Positions 9,348 to 19,367 of a stretch of 64,000 bases of DNA are shown here, in pieces (the stretch's first letter is position 1; the number at the start of each line of letters is the position of its first letter). Position numbers and translations under genes: made by a program. This DNA is from a virus. Taxonomy: Duplodnaviria > Caudoviricetes. Location of the stretch: positions 7,093 through 71,092 of IMG/VR virus record IMGVR_UViG_2974522809_000001. The stretch is one strand, 5' to 3'. The notes beneath the pieces were generated by a model. It did no database searches, was not told the origin of the DNA, and saw nothing but the letters and a program-made list of their open reading frames with translations.

Positions 9348-10154
9348 ATGCCTGGCATCCAGCCCGTCAAGGGCACGCGGCTCCGCGCCACGAAGATCAA
9401 CGGCTGCGGTATGCCGATTGCCGGTCCCCGCAACCGCCTCGTCACGTCCGGCTACGTCAGCCTGACCCTCACCGCCGTGATGCGGGAGGCCCAGGACTTG
9501 ACGCAGGACAACGCCGAGGGCAAGGAGTGCTTCACCGACCGGACGCCGCCCGAGCGCCGCTGGTACACCCCGGCCCTGGAGCTGTGCAACGTGAACACCG
9601 GTCTGCTGACCATGTTCACCGGCTGGGAGTCGGTGCTTGACGCCAACGACCTGCCCGTTGGCTACCGCGACCAGAAGGAAATCGAGACCGACTTCGGCAT
9701 CGCGCTGGAGCTGTGGACCAGCGGCAAGTCCGACGAGGACTGCGCCGACGTGCCCACCACCGACGCCGTGTTCGCGGCTGCCGGGTCGGGTCGCAGCTAC
9801 GGCTACTTCCTGTTCGGCGGCACCGAGTGGACCCCCGGCGACATCACCATCGGCGCTACGGTGTCGACCTTCACCCTGACCGGCCGCACCATCGCGCTGC
9901 CGTACTGGGGCAAGGGTCCGTACAACGTGCAGGAGGACGAGAACGGTGACCCCGGCCGTCTGGTGACGCCCACCAGCAAGAAGGAGCACCTGACCGTGTT
10001 CCGCACCATGGTGCCGCCGCCGGAGCCGACCGCCGGTACCGAGCCCGTGGCCCTGGCCACCAGCTCGATCTTCACCGCGCCGAATTACTACTACGGTGGC
10101 CCGGCCAGCGAGCCCGCCGCCACCGAGGCACCTGCACAGCCCGTTACCCCGTAA
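9348..10154 (+). CDS. Major tail protein
   Basis: 268 aa, AGGAGG RBS, strong codon bias, GTRLRATKINGCG N-terminus, followed by a terminator. Confidence 0.8.
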   Translation: MPGIQPVKGTRLRATKINGCGMPIAGPRNRLVTSGYVSLTLTAVMREAQDLTQDNAEGKECFTDRTPPERRWYTPALELCNVNTGLLTMFTGWESVLDANDLPVGYRDQKEIETDFGIALELWTSGKSDEDCADVPTTDAVFAAAGSGRSYGYFLFGGTEWTPGDITIGATVSTFTLTGRTIALPYWGKGPYNVQEDENGDPGRLVTPTSKKEHLTVFRTMVPPPEPTAGTEPVALATSSIFTAPNYYYGGPASEPAATEAPAQPVTP

Positions 10155-10177
10155 GCTGTCAGGCATCAGCGAAGCGA

Positions 10178-10209
10178 CAACAGCCCCGGCCAATGTGCCG
10201 GGGCTGTTG
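10178..10209. terminator. Probable bidirectional terminator
   Basis: CAACAGCCCCGGC-caatgt-GCCGGGGCTGTTG is a perfect 13-bp stem between convergent genes. Confidence 0.8.
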
Positions 10210-10223
10210 CCGTTGGTGGGCGC

Positions 10224-10481
10224 TTAGGCGGCTGCGGCCACCGCCTCGTTCACCAGGTCGTAGGTGCCGTAACCGTTGCCGTAGAGGCGGCGCACCTGGG
10301 ACGGGCTCAGAGTGAGGCGAGCAGCGGCACCGAAGGCAACCACCACGTCGTCGGTGGCGTGGACCTCCAGGATGGCGCGGGCCAGGCGAACCTCGTCAGA
10401 GGTGCTGTTGAGGTGGGCGGCAGCCTCGCGGATGCGGCGGTCGAGGATGGAAGCGGCGAAGGTGCGGGCGGTGTGGGCCAT
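10224..10481 (-). CDS. Small hypothetical protein, antisense to the structural operon
   Basis: 85 aa, AGGAG RBS, directly downstream of the repeat promoter at 10536-10565. Confidence 0.75.
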   Translation of the reverse strand: MAHTARTFAASILDRRIREAAAHLNSTSDEVRLARAILEVHATDDVVVAFGAAARLTLSPSQVRRLYGNGYGTYDLVNEAVAAAA

Positions 10482-10499
10482 TTTGGTCTCCTGTGATCT

Positions 10500-10565
10500 G
10501 CGGTAGCGGGGCGGTCCCGCTTGGCTGATGGAAGAACACTAACCCGACTAAGGCGGGTAAGTCAA
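10500..10565 (-). promoter_or_regulatory. Repeat promoter/palindrome/leader cassette, copy 1
   Basis: Minus strand reads TTGACT TACCCGCCTTAGTCGGGT TAGTGT N6 ATCAGCCAAGCGGGACCGCCCCGCTACCGC. Confidence 0.85.
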
Positions 10566-10600
10566 GGATAGAAACACCACCAGCAGATACCCTGACCATC

Positions 10601-11344
10601 GTGGCTTTCACGTGGCCGGTAGACCGGTCTGAGTTCCCGGCCCTGCCGGACGAGGACGACCCTGGATACGCCCAGGCGGTCCTGGAGCAGCGTGCAGCGG
10701 CTGACCTGGCCGTGGCGGTGCTGTGGGCGCTCACCGGCCGTCAGTGGGGCCTCTACGAGCACACCGTGCGCCCGTGCCGGTCTGAGTTCCCCACCTGGCC
10801 GGGGCTGGCCAGCGGCGGCGTCACCAGCTATCTGCTGAGCTGGGAGGGCGACCGGTGGATCGGCTGGAGCTGTGGCTGCGTCGGGGCCTGCAAGGTGTCC
10901 GGCCCGCGCGCTGTCCATCTGCCCGGCCCCGTCCATTCGGTGACCGAAGTCAAGATCGCCGGGGCGGTGATTGCACCGGCCGGGTACGTCGTGGAGAGCA
11001 ACGTGCTCTACCGCGTCGGGGCACCCTGGCCGGTGCAAGACCTTGGACGGCCCATTGGTGAGGCCCGCACCTGGGCGGTGACGTACCTGCGCGGCATCCC
11101 GGTGCCCGAGAGCTTCACCGCGCTGACGGGCCTGCTGGCCAAGGAGTTCCTGGCCGCGCTCGACAACGAGGGCCGGTGCCGCCTGCCGCGCACCGTCACC
11201 ACGGCCAGCCGCCAGGGCGTGACGTACCGTGCCTACGACCCCCAGGTGATCTACGCCAACGGCAAGACCGGCCTGCCCGAAATCGACCTGGTGCTGGCAG
11301 CGGTGAACCCGAACGCGCTCATGTCCGCGCCTACGGTGGTCTGA
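10601..11344 (+). CDS. Head-to-tail adaptor
   Basis: 247 aa. AADLAVAVLWALTGRQWG and CRLP..VT..SRQGV motifs are typical of actinophage adaptors. Confidence 0.7.
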   Translation: MAFTWPVDRSEFPALPDEDDPGYAQAVLEQRAAADLAVAVLWALTGRQWGLYEHTVRPCRSEFPTWPGLASGGVTSYLLSWEGDRWIGWSCGCVGACKVSGPRAVHLPGPVHSVTEVKIAGAVIAPAGYVVESNVLYRVGAPWPVQDLGRPIGEARTWAVTYLRGIPVPESFTALTGLLAKEFLAALDNEGRCRLPRTVTTASRQGVTYRAYDPQVIYANGKTGLPEIDLVLAAVNPNALMSAPTVV

Positions 11345-11874
11345 TGACGCAGCCCTGCCGCACCGACCCGGCCATGGAGGTCATCGGTGCCGTCACCACC
11401 ACGCTGACCGACTTCTTTCGGCCTGACCAGCTGTGCCCGCCCATGGTCGGCGGCACCGCCAACATCCGGTTCTTCGCTGGCGACGGCGCGCCGCTGGCCG
11501 CGTGGGACAGCCACGTCAGCCAGGGCTGCGACCAGCCATTCGTCTGGGTGCGCGCCCAGCGCCGCTACCGCAGCAAGGTGTTCCCGAACCCCACGGTGGA
11601 GGTCGGCAACTGCAAGCTGATCAAGGTCATGCCGGTGGAGGTCGGCGTGGCCTGGTGCGCGGTGGTCGAGCAGGAGCCCAAGTGGTCCGACTACGCCAAA
11701 GAGGCGGCGGTCAGCATGGACACCGCCTGGCGGCTGGAGGAGGCGCTGTGCGCCGCCGCTGCCCAGCTGCTGCGCGACGACAGCGAGCGCCTGGTGGGCA
11801 GCGACATCATCAACCCGTATGGTCCAGAGGGCGGTGTCATCGCCTGGATTGGCACCCTGTACGCCAGCTACTGA
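11344..11874 (+). CDS. Hypothetical head-tail junction protein (MTQPC...)
   Basis: ATG overlaps the upstream TGA, so the start was moved from the ORF-track 11176. 176 aa. Confidence 0.7.
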   Translation: MTQPCRTDPAMEVIGAVTTTLTDFFRPDQLCPPMVGGTANIRFFAGDGAPLAAWDSHVSQGCDQPFVWVRAQRRYRSKVFPNPTVEVGNCKLIKVMPVEVGVAWCAVVEQEPKWSDYAKEAAVSMDTAWRLEEALCAAAAQLLRDDSERLVGSDIINPYGPEGGVIAWIGTLYASY

Positions 11875-11884
11875 GGAGGACACC

Positions 11885-12235
11885 GTGGCACGTGTGACTA
11901 TCGAGGGCAGCCGCCTTTCGCCCAGCACGTTCCTGGCTGCGGGTGAGCGCATCACCGTGCAGCGCACCGAGCGCGTGGAGCGCCTGATCGCCAGCGGCTT
12001 CGTGGTGGAGGTGGCCGACGCGCGTACCGACACCGAGCGCGAGGCCGACGAGCAGGCCGAGCAGTCGCGTACCGACCTGACCCCGTACACCCTGGACAAC
12101 CCGCCCAAGCGCAACGCCAGCCGCGAGGACTGGGCCGAGTTCCTGGCCGCGCACAGCGCCCTGGGCATCACCACCGAGGGCAAGGACCGCGACACGCTCA
12201 TTGCCGAGTGGGACGCCAGTCGCGCTGCTGAGTAG
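11885..12235 (+). CDS. Hypothetical protein with C-terminal HeH/Rho-N-like module
   Basis: GAGGAGG RBS before GTG 11885, 116 aa, ends in ASREDWAEFL...GKDRDTLIAEW. Confidence 0.7.
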   Translation: MARVTIEGSRLSPSTFLAAGERITVQRTERVERLIASGFVVEVADARTDTEREADEQAEQSRTDLTPYTLDNPPKRNASREDWAEFLAAHSALGITTEGKDRDTLIAEWDASRAAE

Positions 12236-12238
12236 CCC

Positions 12239-12652
12239 ATGCCGGTAACCGCGCGCATTCACATCAACGAGCCCGAGCTGGAGCGCCAGACTGGCGCGAT
12301 CTTCCGTGGCAAGCACCGCAGCATCACGCGGCGCATCGCCACGCAGGCCCGCGTGGACGTGCCCGTGCGCACCGGCAACCTGGGCCGGGGCATCCAGGAA
12401 ATGCCCCAGACGTACCGGCCGTATCACGTCGGCGGCGGCGTGGAGGACAACGTGGACTACGCCGCCCCGGTGCATGAGGGCAGCCGCCCGCACCGCATCA
12501 CCGCCAGGCACGCCAGCGCGCTGCACTTCTACTGGCACGGGCGTGAGGTGTTCCGCAAGAGCGTCTGGCACCCCGGCGTCCGGCCCCGGCCATTCCTGCG
12601 CAACGCGGCGCGGCGCGTGGTGGCTGCGGACCCCGACATCCGTATGACGTGA
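12239..12652 (+). CDS. HK97 gp10-like tail completion protein
   Basis: 137 aa with the PVRTGNL and YAAPVHEG motifs. Confidence 0.55.
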   Translation: MPVTARIHINEPELERQTGAIFRGKHRSITRRIATQARVDVPVRTGNLGRGIQEMPQTYRPYHVGGGVEDNVDYAAPVHEGSRPHRITARHASALHFYWHGREVFRKSVWHPGVRPRPFLRNAARRVVAADPDIRMT

Positions 12653-12707
12653 CTATCCCGACATCGGTGGTAGTCTCGCGCCCGAACCCCAAGCCTCGGG
12701 AGGGCCA

Positions 12708-13268
12708 ATGACCACGTTCGGACAGCAGGGCAAGATCGTAGAGGCGGCACCGGCCGAGGAGCAGCTGGTGCCACCGGCCGACTACTGCGCCCCAGATGAC
12801 GACGCCAACGACGCACCGCCGGACGTGGACGCGGTGCTGGCCGAGGTCAACGCCGACAACGAACCCGAGGTGATCGTGGCCCCGCAGGACACGCCCTCTG
12901 GCCTGGCCGTGCAGCCCGCCGAGGACGCTGGCAACGCGGTGGCGCTGGTCAAGCGCTTCGACGTGACCACCACGGGCGAGGTCTGGGAGCACGACTTCCT
13001 GGAGTTCGAGGGCGACAAGCTGGGCATCCGGCTGCCGCAGCGCCAGGCGCTGGCGGCGTTCTCGCTGGCGTCCAGCAAGTACGTGTCCATGGGCGTCAAG
13101 AACGACCTGACCGGCCTGTTCATTGCGCGGCACCTGAGCCCCGAGAGCTACGGCCGGGTGTTCTCTCGGCTCATGGACCCCGACGACACCGCCTACGACG
13201 TGGACACCGTGGGCGAGCTGTTCAACGCGATCGTTACCGCCGCTATCGAGTCAGACGAGCAGGAATAG
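12708..13268 (+). CDS. Tail assembly chaperone (G-like, no downstream frameshift partner)
   Basis: 186 aa, GGGAGG RBS, immediately upstream of the tape measure gene. Confidence 0.65.
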   Translation: MTTFGQQGKIVEAAPAEEQLVPPADYCAPDDDANDAPPDVDAVLAEVNADNEPEVIVAPQDTPSGLAVQPAEDAGNAVALVKRFDVTTTGEVWEHDFLEFEGDKLGIRLPQRQALAAFSLASSKYVSMGVKNDLTGLFIARHLSPESYGRVFSRLMDPDDTAYDVDTVGELFNAIVTAAIESDEQE

Positions 13269-13293
13269 CCACCTGCTGGGATAGCCTGACCGG

Positions 13294-16200
13294 GTGACCG
13301 ATGTCGGCAAGATCAGCCTTGGCGTTGAACTCCATGCCGACGACCTCGCAGCAAGGCTGGGCGAGGCAGTGCGCCGGGCCATTCTGCCGACGCTCGACAA
13401 GCTGAACCGCAAGCTCAACGAGACACAGCGAGAGTACCGAAACACCGGCAACGCAGCTGAACGCAGCGCCGACAAGCAGGTGCGCCAGCTGCGCCGGGTG
13501 GCCACCGAGGCAGCCGCCACCGCTGCGGCTGTGCGAGCGGTGCAAGGGGCCTACGGCAACGGTCCCCGCGTGGACCCGGTGCCGCGCATCGAACGCCAGC
13601 GCCGCTCTACCGACGCCCTGGGCAACAGCACCCGCAGCGTTGCTGACGCGCAGCGCGAGCTGAACGAGGCCATCAACATCTTCGGGCGGCGTAGCCCCGT
13701 GGTGGAAGCTGCCCAGCGCCGCCTGGCCCGCGCCGAGGCCACCCATACCGCCGAGCTGGTGCGTGCGGCGGCGCGGTCGCGCGCAGCCACCGATAGCCAG
13801 GTCAACGACTACGAGCGCCTGGCGCGCGAGGCCGAACGGTCTGCTGCCCGCCAGGCTGCGGCGGCGCGTGCGGCCGGTGGTGGCGGTGGCCGGGGCGGTG
13901 GAGGTGGTGGACGCCGGGGCGGCGTGCTCGGATTCCTCACCGGCCCCACGGGGCTGAACACCATCGCCCTGGGCGCGCAGGCGCTGCCAGCGGTGGCAAC
14001 GGGCGTTGTCAATATCGTCGGCGCGGTGCAGCAGCTGGCCCAGGCCGGTGCGGTGCTGCCGGGCGTATTCGCTGGCGGCGCGGCTGCCATCGGTACGGCG
14101 GTGATTGGCTTCAAGGGCATGGGCGATGCCGTCAAGGCGCTCATGGACGCCGCCGACGACCCGGCCAAGCTGGAAGAGGCGAACAAGCAGCTGGAGAAGA
14201 TGGCCCCGGCTGCCGCTGCGGTGGCGCGCGAGGTGGCCAAGCTCGCTGCGCCGAACGGCCCGCTGCGCCAGTTCCAAAAGGACATCGCTCAGCCGATGTT
14301 CGAGGGCATCGACCAGCAGCTGGACGACTTCGCGGGCAAGGTGCTGCCGCGCGTCAAGCCCGGCGCGCAGAAGATCGCCGGGGCCTGGAACAACACCTTC
14401 AAAGAGGCCATGCGCGTTGGCAGCAGCGACAGCACGCTGGGCTTCATCGACCGCATTTTCGGCAACACGGCCGAGGGCCAGAACCGCGCCACCAAGGCCA
14501 TCGAGCCGCTGACCCACGCGCTGGGCCAGCTCAGCGCCACCGGCAGCGACTTCCTGCCGCGCCTGGGCGATGCGATCACCAGCGTGAGCGAGCGGCTGGA
14601 CAAGTTCATCAGCAAGAACGCCGCGAACGGCAACCTGTTCCGGTGGATTGACGAGGGCCTGAACGGTATGCGGGCCTTTGGAAACGCGGTGCTCAACGTC
14701 TTTAAGACCATCACCGGACTGACCAAGGCGGCGGGCGCTCTCGACGGCAGCCTGTCCGGCGACGGCGGGTTCCTGGGCTGGCTGGAGCGCGCCACCAAGG
14801 CCATGAGCGACCTGACCAACAGCGCCAGCGGCCAGGCCAAGCTCACCGCGTTCTTCCGCGATGGGCGCGAGGACTTGAAGCGCTGGGGTGAGCTGTTCCG
14901 CGAGGTGTGGCCCGCGCTGCGTGAGATCATCAAGGGCTTCCAGCAGTGGGGTGAAATCACCTTCCCCATCATCAAGGCCATTGGTGGCCTGGCCGGTTCG
15001 CTGGCCGAGGTGCCGGGGCTGCTCCAGGCGGTTCTGGTCGGGTTCCTGGCGTGGCGCACCATCGGCGGCATCGTCGGCGGTATCACCGGCAAGATCAAGG
15101 CCATGAACACCGCCGCAGCGGCGGGCGGTGGCGCGGCCGGTGGCCGGTTCGGCAAGGGGCAGAGCGCCCTGCTGGGCGGCAGCCTGCTGCTCAGTGGCAC
15201 CACCATGCAGCAGAACGCGGGCACCAGCACCACCAGCGGCGTGCTGGGGGCCTTGCAGACCATCGGCGGCGGCGCAGTGCTGGGCGGCACCATCGGCAGC
15301 GTGATTCCCGGCGTTGGCACGGGCATTGGCGCGCTGGTGGGCGGTGGCCTGGGCGCGGCGCTGGCCGGATACAACGCGCTGGTCAACCAGAACAAGATCG
15401 CCACCGAGGCGGCGGCAGCTGCGGCCGAGAAGTGGGCAGCCACCAACGAGCGCAGCCACCAGGCCATGCTGTTGAACAGCCAGGCCATCAAGTCGATGAA
15501 CGACGCCCTGGCTGAGTCCGGCGGCGCAATCGACGCGGCGACCCTGGCAGCCGTGGGCGAGCAGGTCAGCGCGATTCCTGAGAAGCTGGCCGGGGCCTAC
15601 GACGAGAACACGTTGAAGGGCATTGCCGCCGCGCTGGGCGACGTGGGCATGTCCACCGAGCAGATGGCCGCGACCATCACCGGTAGCCAGGGCCAGTTCG
15701 ACGCGCTGATCAACCGGCTCCAGGGCATGGGTCCGGCCGGGCAGATTGCCGCACAGCAGCTGGCCAGCATCCGAGACAACACGCTGGGCGCTGCCCAGAA
15801 CGCCGCCGCCGCTGCGCCGCTGCTCCAGCAGCTGGCCGACAAGTACGGCGGCATGGCCAACGCGCAGGTAGCTATCGAGAACGCCTTCGCCGCCATCCCC
15901 AAGGATGTGCCGATCAACATCAACATGCCCAACGGGCAGGCGGTGTTCGACATCCTCAAAGACATCGGCGCGCAGATCAAGACCAACGAGGACGGGACCA
16001 TCAACGTCACCGCCCCGCTGGCCCCGGCGGTGCTGGACCAGCTGCGTGCCCTGGGCATCCAGGTGCAGCAGAACAAGGACGGCACCATCAACGTCCAGGT
16101 GGACCCGGCCAAGTACGCCGACACCCTGGCAAAGTTGGGCACCTTGGGCTCCATGCTGCGCGACCTGCACGGCCAGTCCCTGGGCCTGCCGCCGGTACCC

Positions 16201-19200
16201 GGCCCAGCGAACCCCAACACGCAGGCGGCGAACCCGTTTGAGTTGCCGCGCCCCGGCGGTGCCGACGGCATGGTGGTCCCCGGCTATGCGCCTGGCCACG
16301 ACATCGTGAACGCCGTGCTGGCCCCTGGCGAGGGCGTGCTGATCCCCGAGGCGGTGCGCGGCATCGGTGGCCCGGCCGGGGTGTACGCGCTCAACAGCCG
16401 GTTCCGCAGCGGGCTGAGCAAGCGGTACTACGCCGACGGTGGCGTGGAGCCGCACCTGGGCACCGGAGCACTGCCCGGCCCGCCGCCGCCGGGTGCCGAG
16501 ACCGAGCTGGGCGTGCTCATCCAGATTCGTGACCTGCTGGCCGGTAAGGGCGGCATCGGCGCGGTGGCCCAGACCGCCAGCGCCACCGACACCATCGCCA
16601 AGGCCAGCACCGGCACCACCGGTCAGACCATGGGTCCGTTCGGCACGCCCATCAAGGCCCGCAACCGGGGCTACGAGGCAGCGGCTGCGGCCATCCAGGC
16701 GCTCGGTGGCGACCCTGAGAAGTGGATCGGGGCCGACCCCACCACCTACGTCGCCCCGACCGCCAGCGGGGCGCTGGGCGGCACTACGGCGGCACTGCCG
16801 GGCATGGTCGACATCGCCGCGCTCCAGAAGTTCGCCATGACCGGCAACACCGCCGATCTGCCGCCGGGCATGTCGCTCAACGACCCGGTGGTCACGGCCA
16901 TCACGGGGGCACGGAACAAGAAGAAGGGCCTGAGCGACCAGGGCATCAGCGACTTGATTGGCCAGGCGCTGGCACCAGGCGGGTACACCGGCACTCTCGA
17001 CAGCAACAACACCAGTCTGGTAAAGGCGCTGGAGCGGCTGCGCACCAAGGGCGTGAAGGTGCCCACGGGCGGCACGGCGGCGGTGGCCGGATCCACTGGC
17101 GTGCCCATGTACGGCATCCCCGGCGGCGTCATGGACCCCATCAGCGCCTACGCGCAGGCACACAGCGGCGGGCAGTACAGCTGGGGCGCGAGCGACCTGG
17201 CAGCGGGCCTGTCTGACTGCTCGGGTGCCGTGAGCGACCTGGTGGAAATCATCACGCAGGGCCAGGCCACCAGCAAGCGCCTGTTCTCCACAGCCGACGC
17301 GGGCAGCGTGCTGTCCAGCCTGGGGGCGGTGTCCGGCGCGGTGCCGGGCGCTCTCCAGATCGGCTGGTCGGCCGAACACATGCGGGCCACGCTGCCCAAC
17401 GGCGTGAACTTTGAGTCCGGCGGCGGCACCGGCCAGGGCGCGACCTACGGCGGCAACGCCAAGGGCGCGGCCGGTATGCCGAACATCATGTCGCTGCCGG
17501 TCAACGGCGTGCCGCTGGGCGCGGGCATGTCCGGCGCACTGCCCGGCGGCGCGACCGCAGGCAGCGGCACCCCGGTGTTCGTCACCAACTGGCCTGGACA
17601 GGGCCAGCTGCCGCCGGGCGTGAACCAGATTCTCGGCGGGCTCACGCAGGGCGGCGGCGAGGCTGCGCAGAACGTGCTCGGTGACGTGATGGGCGCGGTG
17701 GCCGGTGTCGGGCAGGAGGGCTGGGCCACCAAGGGCGCGACCTACGCCCAGCTGAACCAGCTGGTCAAGGAGGGCAACCCGCTGGCGCTGGCCAAGGCGT
17801 TTGGCCTCAACGTCGAGGACTTCACCCGGCAGGGCGGTGCCGGTACCGACGTGGAGAAGAACGACCAGGCGTACGACGCCAGCGGGCGGCTGTTCTCTGA
17901 CACGTCGGCCCTGTTCGACCGCACGCTGACCAGCCTGAACGCGCAGCTCCAGGCTATGCGCGAGCAGATGGTGGACGTAATCGAGCAGGTCAGCCAGAAG
18001 CTCAACGACGAGGCCCTGGAGCCCGTCGTGAAGGCCGGTGTGCAGAACGCACTGGAAGGCCTCAAGGACAGCGTGTCCAACGCCATCGGCACCGCGATGG
18101 GCAACGCAGCCGCGCCGCCCATTGCCGACGCCGTGAGCAGCGCGGTGGCCAGCTTGCCCATCGACAACACCGGCAGCGGCAACGTCGGCGGCAACCTGGC
18201 TGGCGCGGCCACGGGCGTCATCGGTATGGCGGGCGGTGGCCCGGTGAGCGGCGGCATCGCCGGTAAGGACAGCGTGCCCGCGCTGCTGATGCCCGGCGAG
18301 TTCGTGCTGAACACGATGGACGTGGCCCGCATGGGCGGCACCCACGGCGTGGAGGCTGCCCGGCGCAAGGGCTTCCGGCATTACGCCACGGGCGGCGGCG
18401 TCATCGGTAACGACACCGTGGGCGCTGACTTCTTCGGCGTGTCCGAGGTGCCCATTATCGGGGCCATTGTGAACCTGCTGGTGCGCGTATTGCTCCAGGT
18501 CATTGGTGTGCAGATTGAAGTGCGCGACACCATGAACGAAATGACGGATGACTTCCGGCAGTTCCGTGGTGACGCATTTAAGGCATTCGACGCCCAGGGT
18601 CGTCTGTTGAATGACACCAGCGGCCTTATCGAGCGCACGCAGTCGAGCGAGGAAACTGCCGCTGAGGAGCGCATTCGCATCCTCAAAATCGTTATCCAGG
18701 CGCTTATCAAGTACATCATCGAGAAGGTGATTGTGCCGATTACCAAGGCGGTGGCCAACGCGGCTATTCAGGCCGGGGCCAGCGCTGCGGGCGCGGCGGT
18801 AAATACGCAGGCACCGGGTGCCGGTGGAATTGTCAGCTCGCTTATTTCGAGCGCGGGCCAGGCCGGTGTCGATATTGCGGCCGAGGTCGGTACGGACTTC
18901 GCGCTGGCCATCAGCGAAACGCTGATCGACATGGTGGGCGACCAGCTCCAGTCGTCGTTCCCAGACCTGATGGCCGGGGTGTTCGGTGGTGGCGCATTGG
19001 CCAGCATCTTCGACCCGGCGGGCGGCATCCTGGGCACGATCATCGGTGGCCTGCTGGGCAGCTTGACGGCGGTGTTCGGCGGGCTGTTCGGCGGGGCCAG
19101 CACGCTGATCCCCGGCCAGAGCTTCGACCAGGGCGGGCTGGCCATCGGTGAGGGCTACCTGCCCAAGGCCACCGCCGAGCCCGAGCTGGTGCTGAGCCCC

Positions 19201-19359
19201 ACCGAGACCAGCCTGTTCAGCCGGTTTGTCGCGGCGCTGGAGCGCGGCGGGTTCGGCGGTGGCGGCAGCCGAACCGTCCATGCTCCCATTACTGTGATCG
19301 GTGGCGGCACCGAGACCGCAGACGTAATCGAGCAGCGCCTGCTCAAGCTGATGCCGTAG
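13294..19359 (+). CDS. Tape measure protein
   Basis: 2021 aa Ala/Gly-rich helical protein with repeated GG..G...D.VPA.L.PGE.VL motifs and an embedded DCSG motif. Confidence 0.95.
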   Translation: MTDVGKISLGVELHADDLAARLGEAVRRAILPTLDKLNRKLNETQREYRNTGNAAERSADKQVRQLRRVATEAAATAAAVRAVQGAYGNGPRVDPVPRIERQRRSTDALGNSTRSVADAQRELNEAINIFGRRSPVVEAAQRRLARAEATHTAELVRAAARSRAATDSQVNDYERLAREAERSAARQAAAARAAGGGGGRGGGGGGRRGGVLGFLTGPTGLNTIALGAQALPAVATGVVNIVGAVQQLAQAGAVLPGVFAGGAAAIGTAVIGFKGMGDAVKALMDAADDPAKLEEANKQLEKMAPAAAAVAREVAKLAAPNGPLRQFQKDIAQPMFEGIDQQLDDFAGKVLPRVKPGAQKIAGAWNNTFKEAMRVGSSDSTLGFIDRIFGNTAEGQNRATKAIEPLTHALGQLSATGSDFLPRLGDAITSVSERLDKFISKNAANGNLFRWIDEGLNGMRAFGNAVLNVFKTITGLTKAAGALDGSLSGDGGFLGWLERATKAMSDLTNSASGQAKLTAFFRDGREDLKRWGELFREVWPALREIIKGFQQWGEITFPIIKAIGGLAGSLAEVPGLLQAVLVGFLAWRTIGGIVGGITGKIKAMNTAAAAGGGAAGGRFGKGQSALLGGSLLLSGTTMQQNAGTSTTSGVLGALQTIGGGAVLGGTIGSVIPGVGTGIGALVGGGLGAALAGYNALVNQNKIATEAAAAAAEKWAATNERSHQAMLLNSQAIKSMNDALAESGGAIDAATLAAVGEQVSAIPEKLAGAYDENTLKGIAAALGDVGMSTEQMAATITGSQGQFDALINRLQGMGPAGQIAAQQLASIRDNTLGAAQNAAAAAPLLQQLADKYGGMANAQVAIENAFAAIPKDVPININMPNGQAVFDILKDIGAQIKTNEDGTINVTAPLAPAVLDQLRALGIQVQQNKDGTINVQVDPAKYADTLAKLGTLGSMLRDLHGQSLGLPPVPGPANPNTQAANPFELPRPGGADGMVVPGYAPGHDIVNAVLAPGEGVLIPEAVRGIGGPAGVYALNSRFRSGLSKRYYADGGVEPHLGTGALPGPPPPGAETELGVLIQIRDLLAGKGGIGAVAQTASATDTIAKASTGTTGQTMGPFGTPIKARNRGYEAAAAAIQALGGDPEKWIGADPTTYVAPTASGALGGTTAALPGMVDIAALQKFAMTGNTADLPPGMSLNDPVVTAITGARNKKKGLSDQGISDLIGQALAPGGYTGTLDSNNTSLVKALERLRTKGVKVPTGGTAAVAGSTGVPMYGIPGGVMDPISAYAQAHSGGQYSWGASDLAAGLSDCSGAVSDLVEIITQGQATSKRLFSTADAGSVLSSLGAVSGAVPGALQIGWSAEHMRATLPNGVNFESGGGTGQGATYGGNAKGAAGMPNIMSLPVNGVPLGAGMSGALPGGATAGSGTPVFVTNWPGQGQLPPGVNQILGGLTQGGGEAAQNVLGDVMGAVAGVGQEGWATKGATYAQLNQLVKEGNPLALAKAFGLNVEDFTRQGGAGTDVEKNDQAYDASGRLFSDTSALFDRTLTSLNAQLQAMREQMVDVIEQVSQKLNDEALEPVVKAGVQNALEGLKDSVSNAIGTAMGNAAAPPIADAVSSAVASLPIDNTGSGNVGGNLAGAATGVIGMAGGGPVSGGIAGKDSVPALLMPGEFVLNTMDVARMGGTHGVEAARRKGFRHYATGGGVIGNDTVGADFFGVSEVPIIGAIVNLLVRVLLQVIGVQIEVRDTMNEMTDDFRQFRGDAFKAFDAQGRLLNDTSGLIERTQSSEETAAEERIRILKIVIQALIKYIIEKVIVPITKAVANAAIQAGASAAGAAVNTQAPGAGGIVSSLISSAGQAGVDIAAEVGTDFALAISETLIDMVGDQLQSSFPDLMAGVFGGGALASIFDPAGGILGTIIGGLLGSLTAVFGGLFGGASTLIPGQSFDQGGLAIGEGYLPKATAEPELVLSPTETSLFSRFVAALERGGFGGGGSRTVHAPITVIGGGTETADVIEQRLLKLMP

Positions 19360-19367
19360 GAGGACAC

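Noticed and set aside
13240-13293. Programmed frameshift at the end of the first tail chaperone
   Set aside because: There is no slippery sequence and no T ORF; the tape measure begins 25 nt after the stop.
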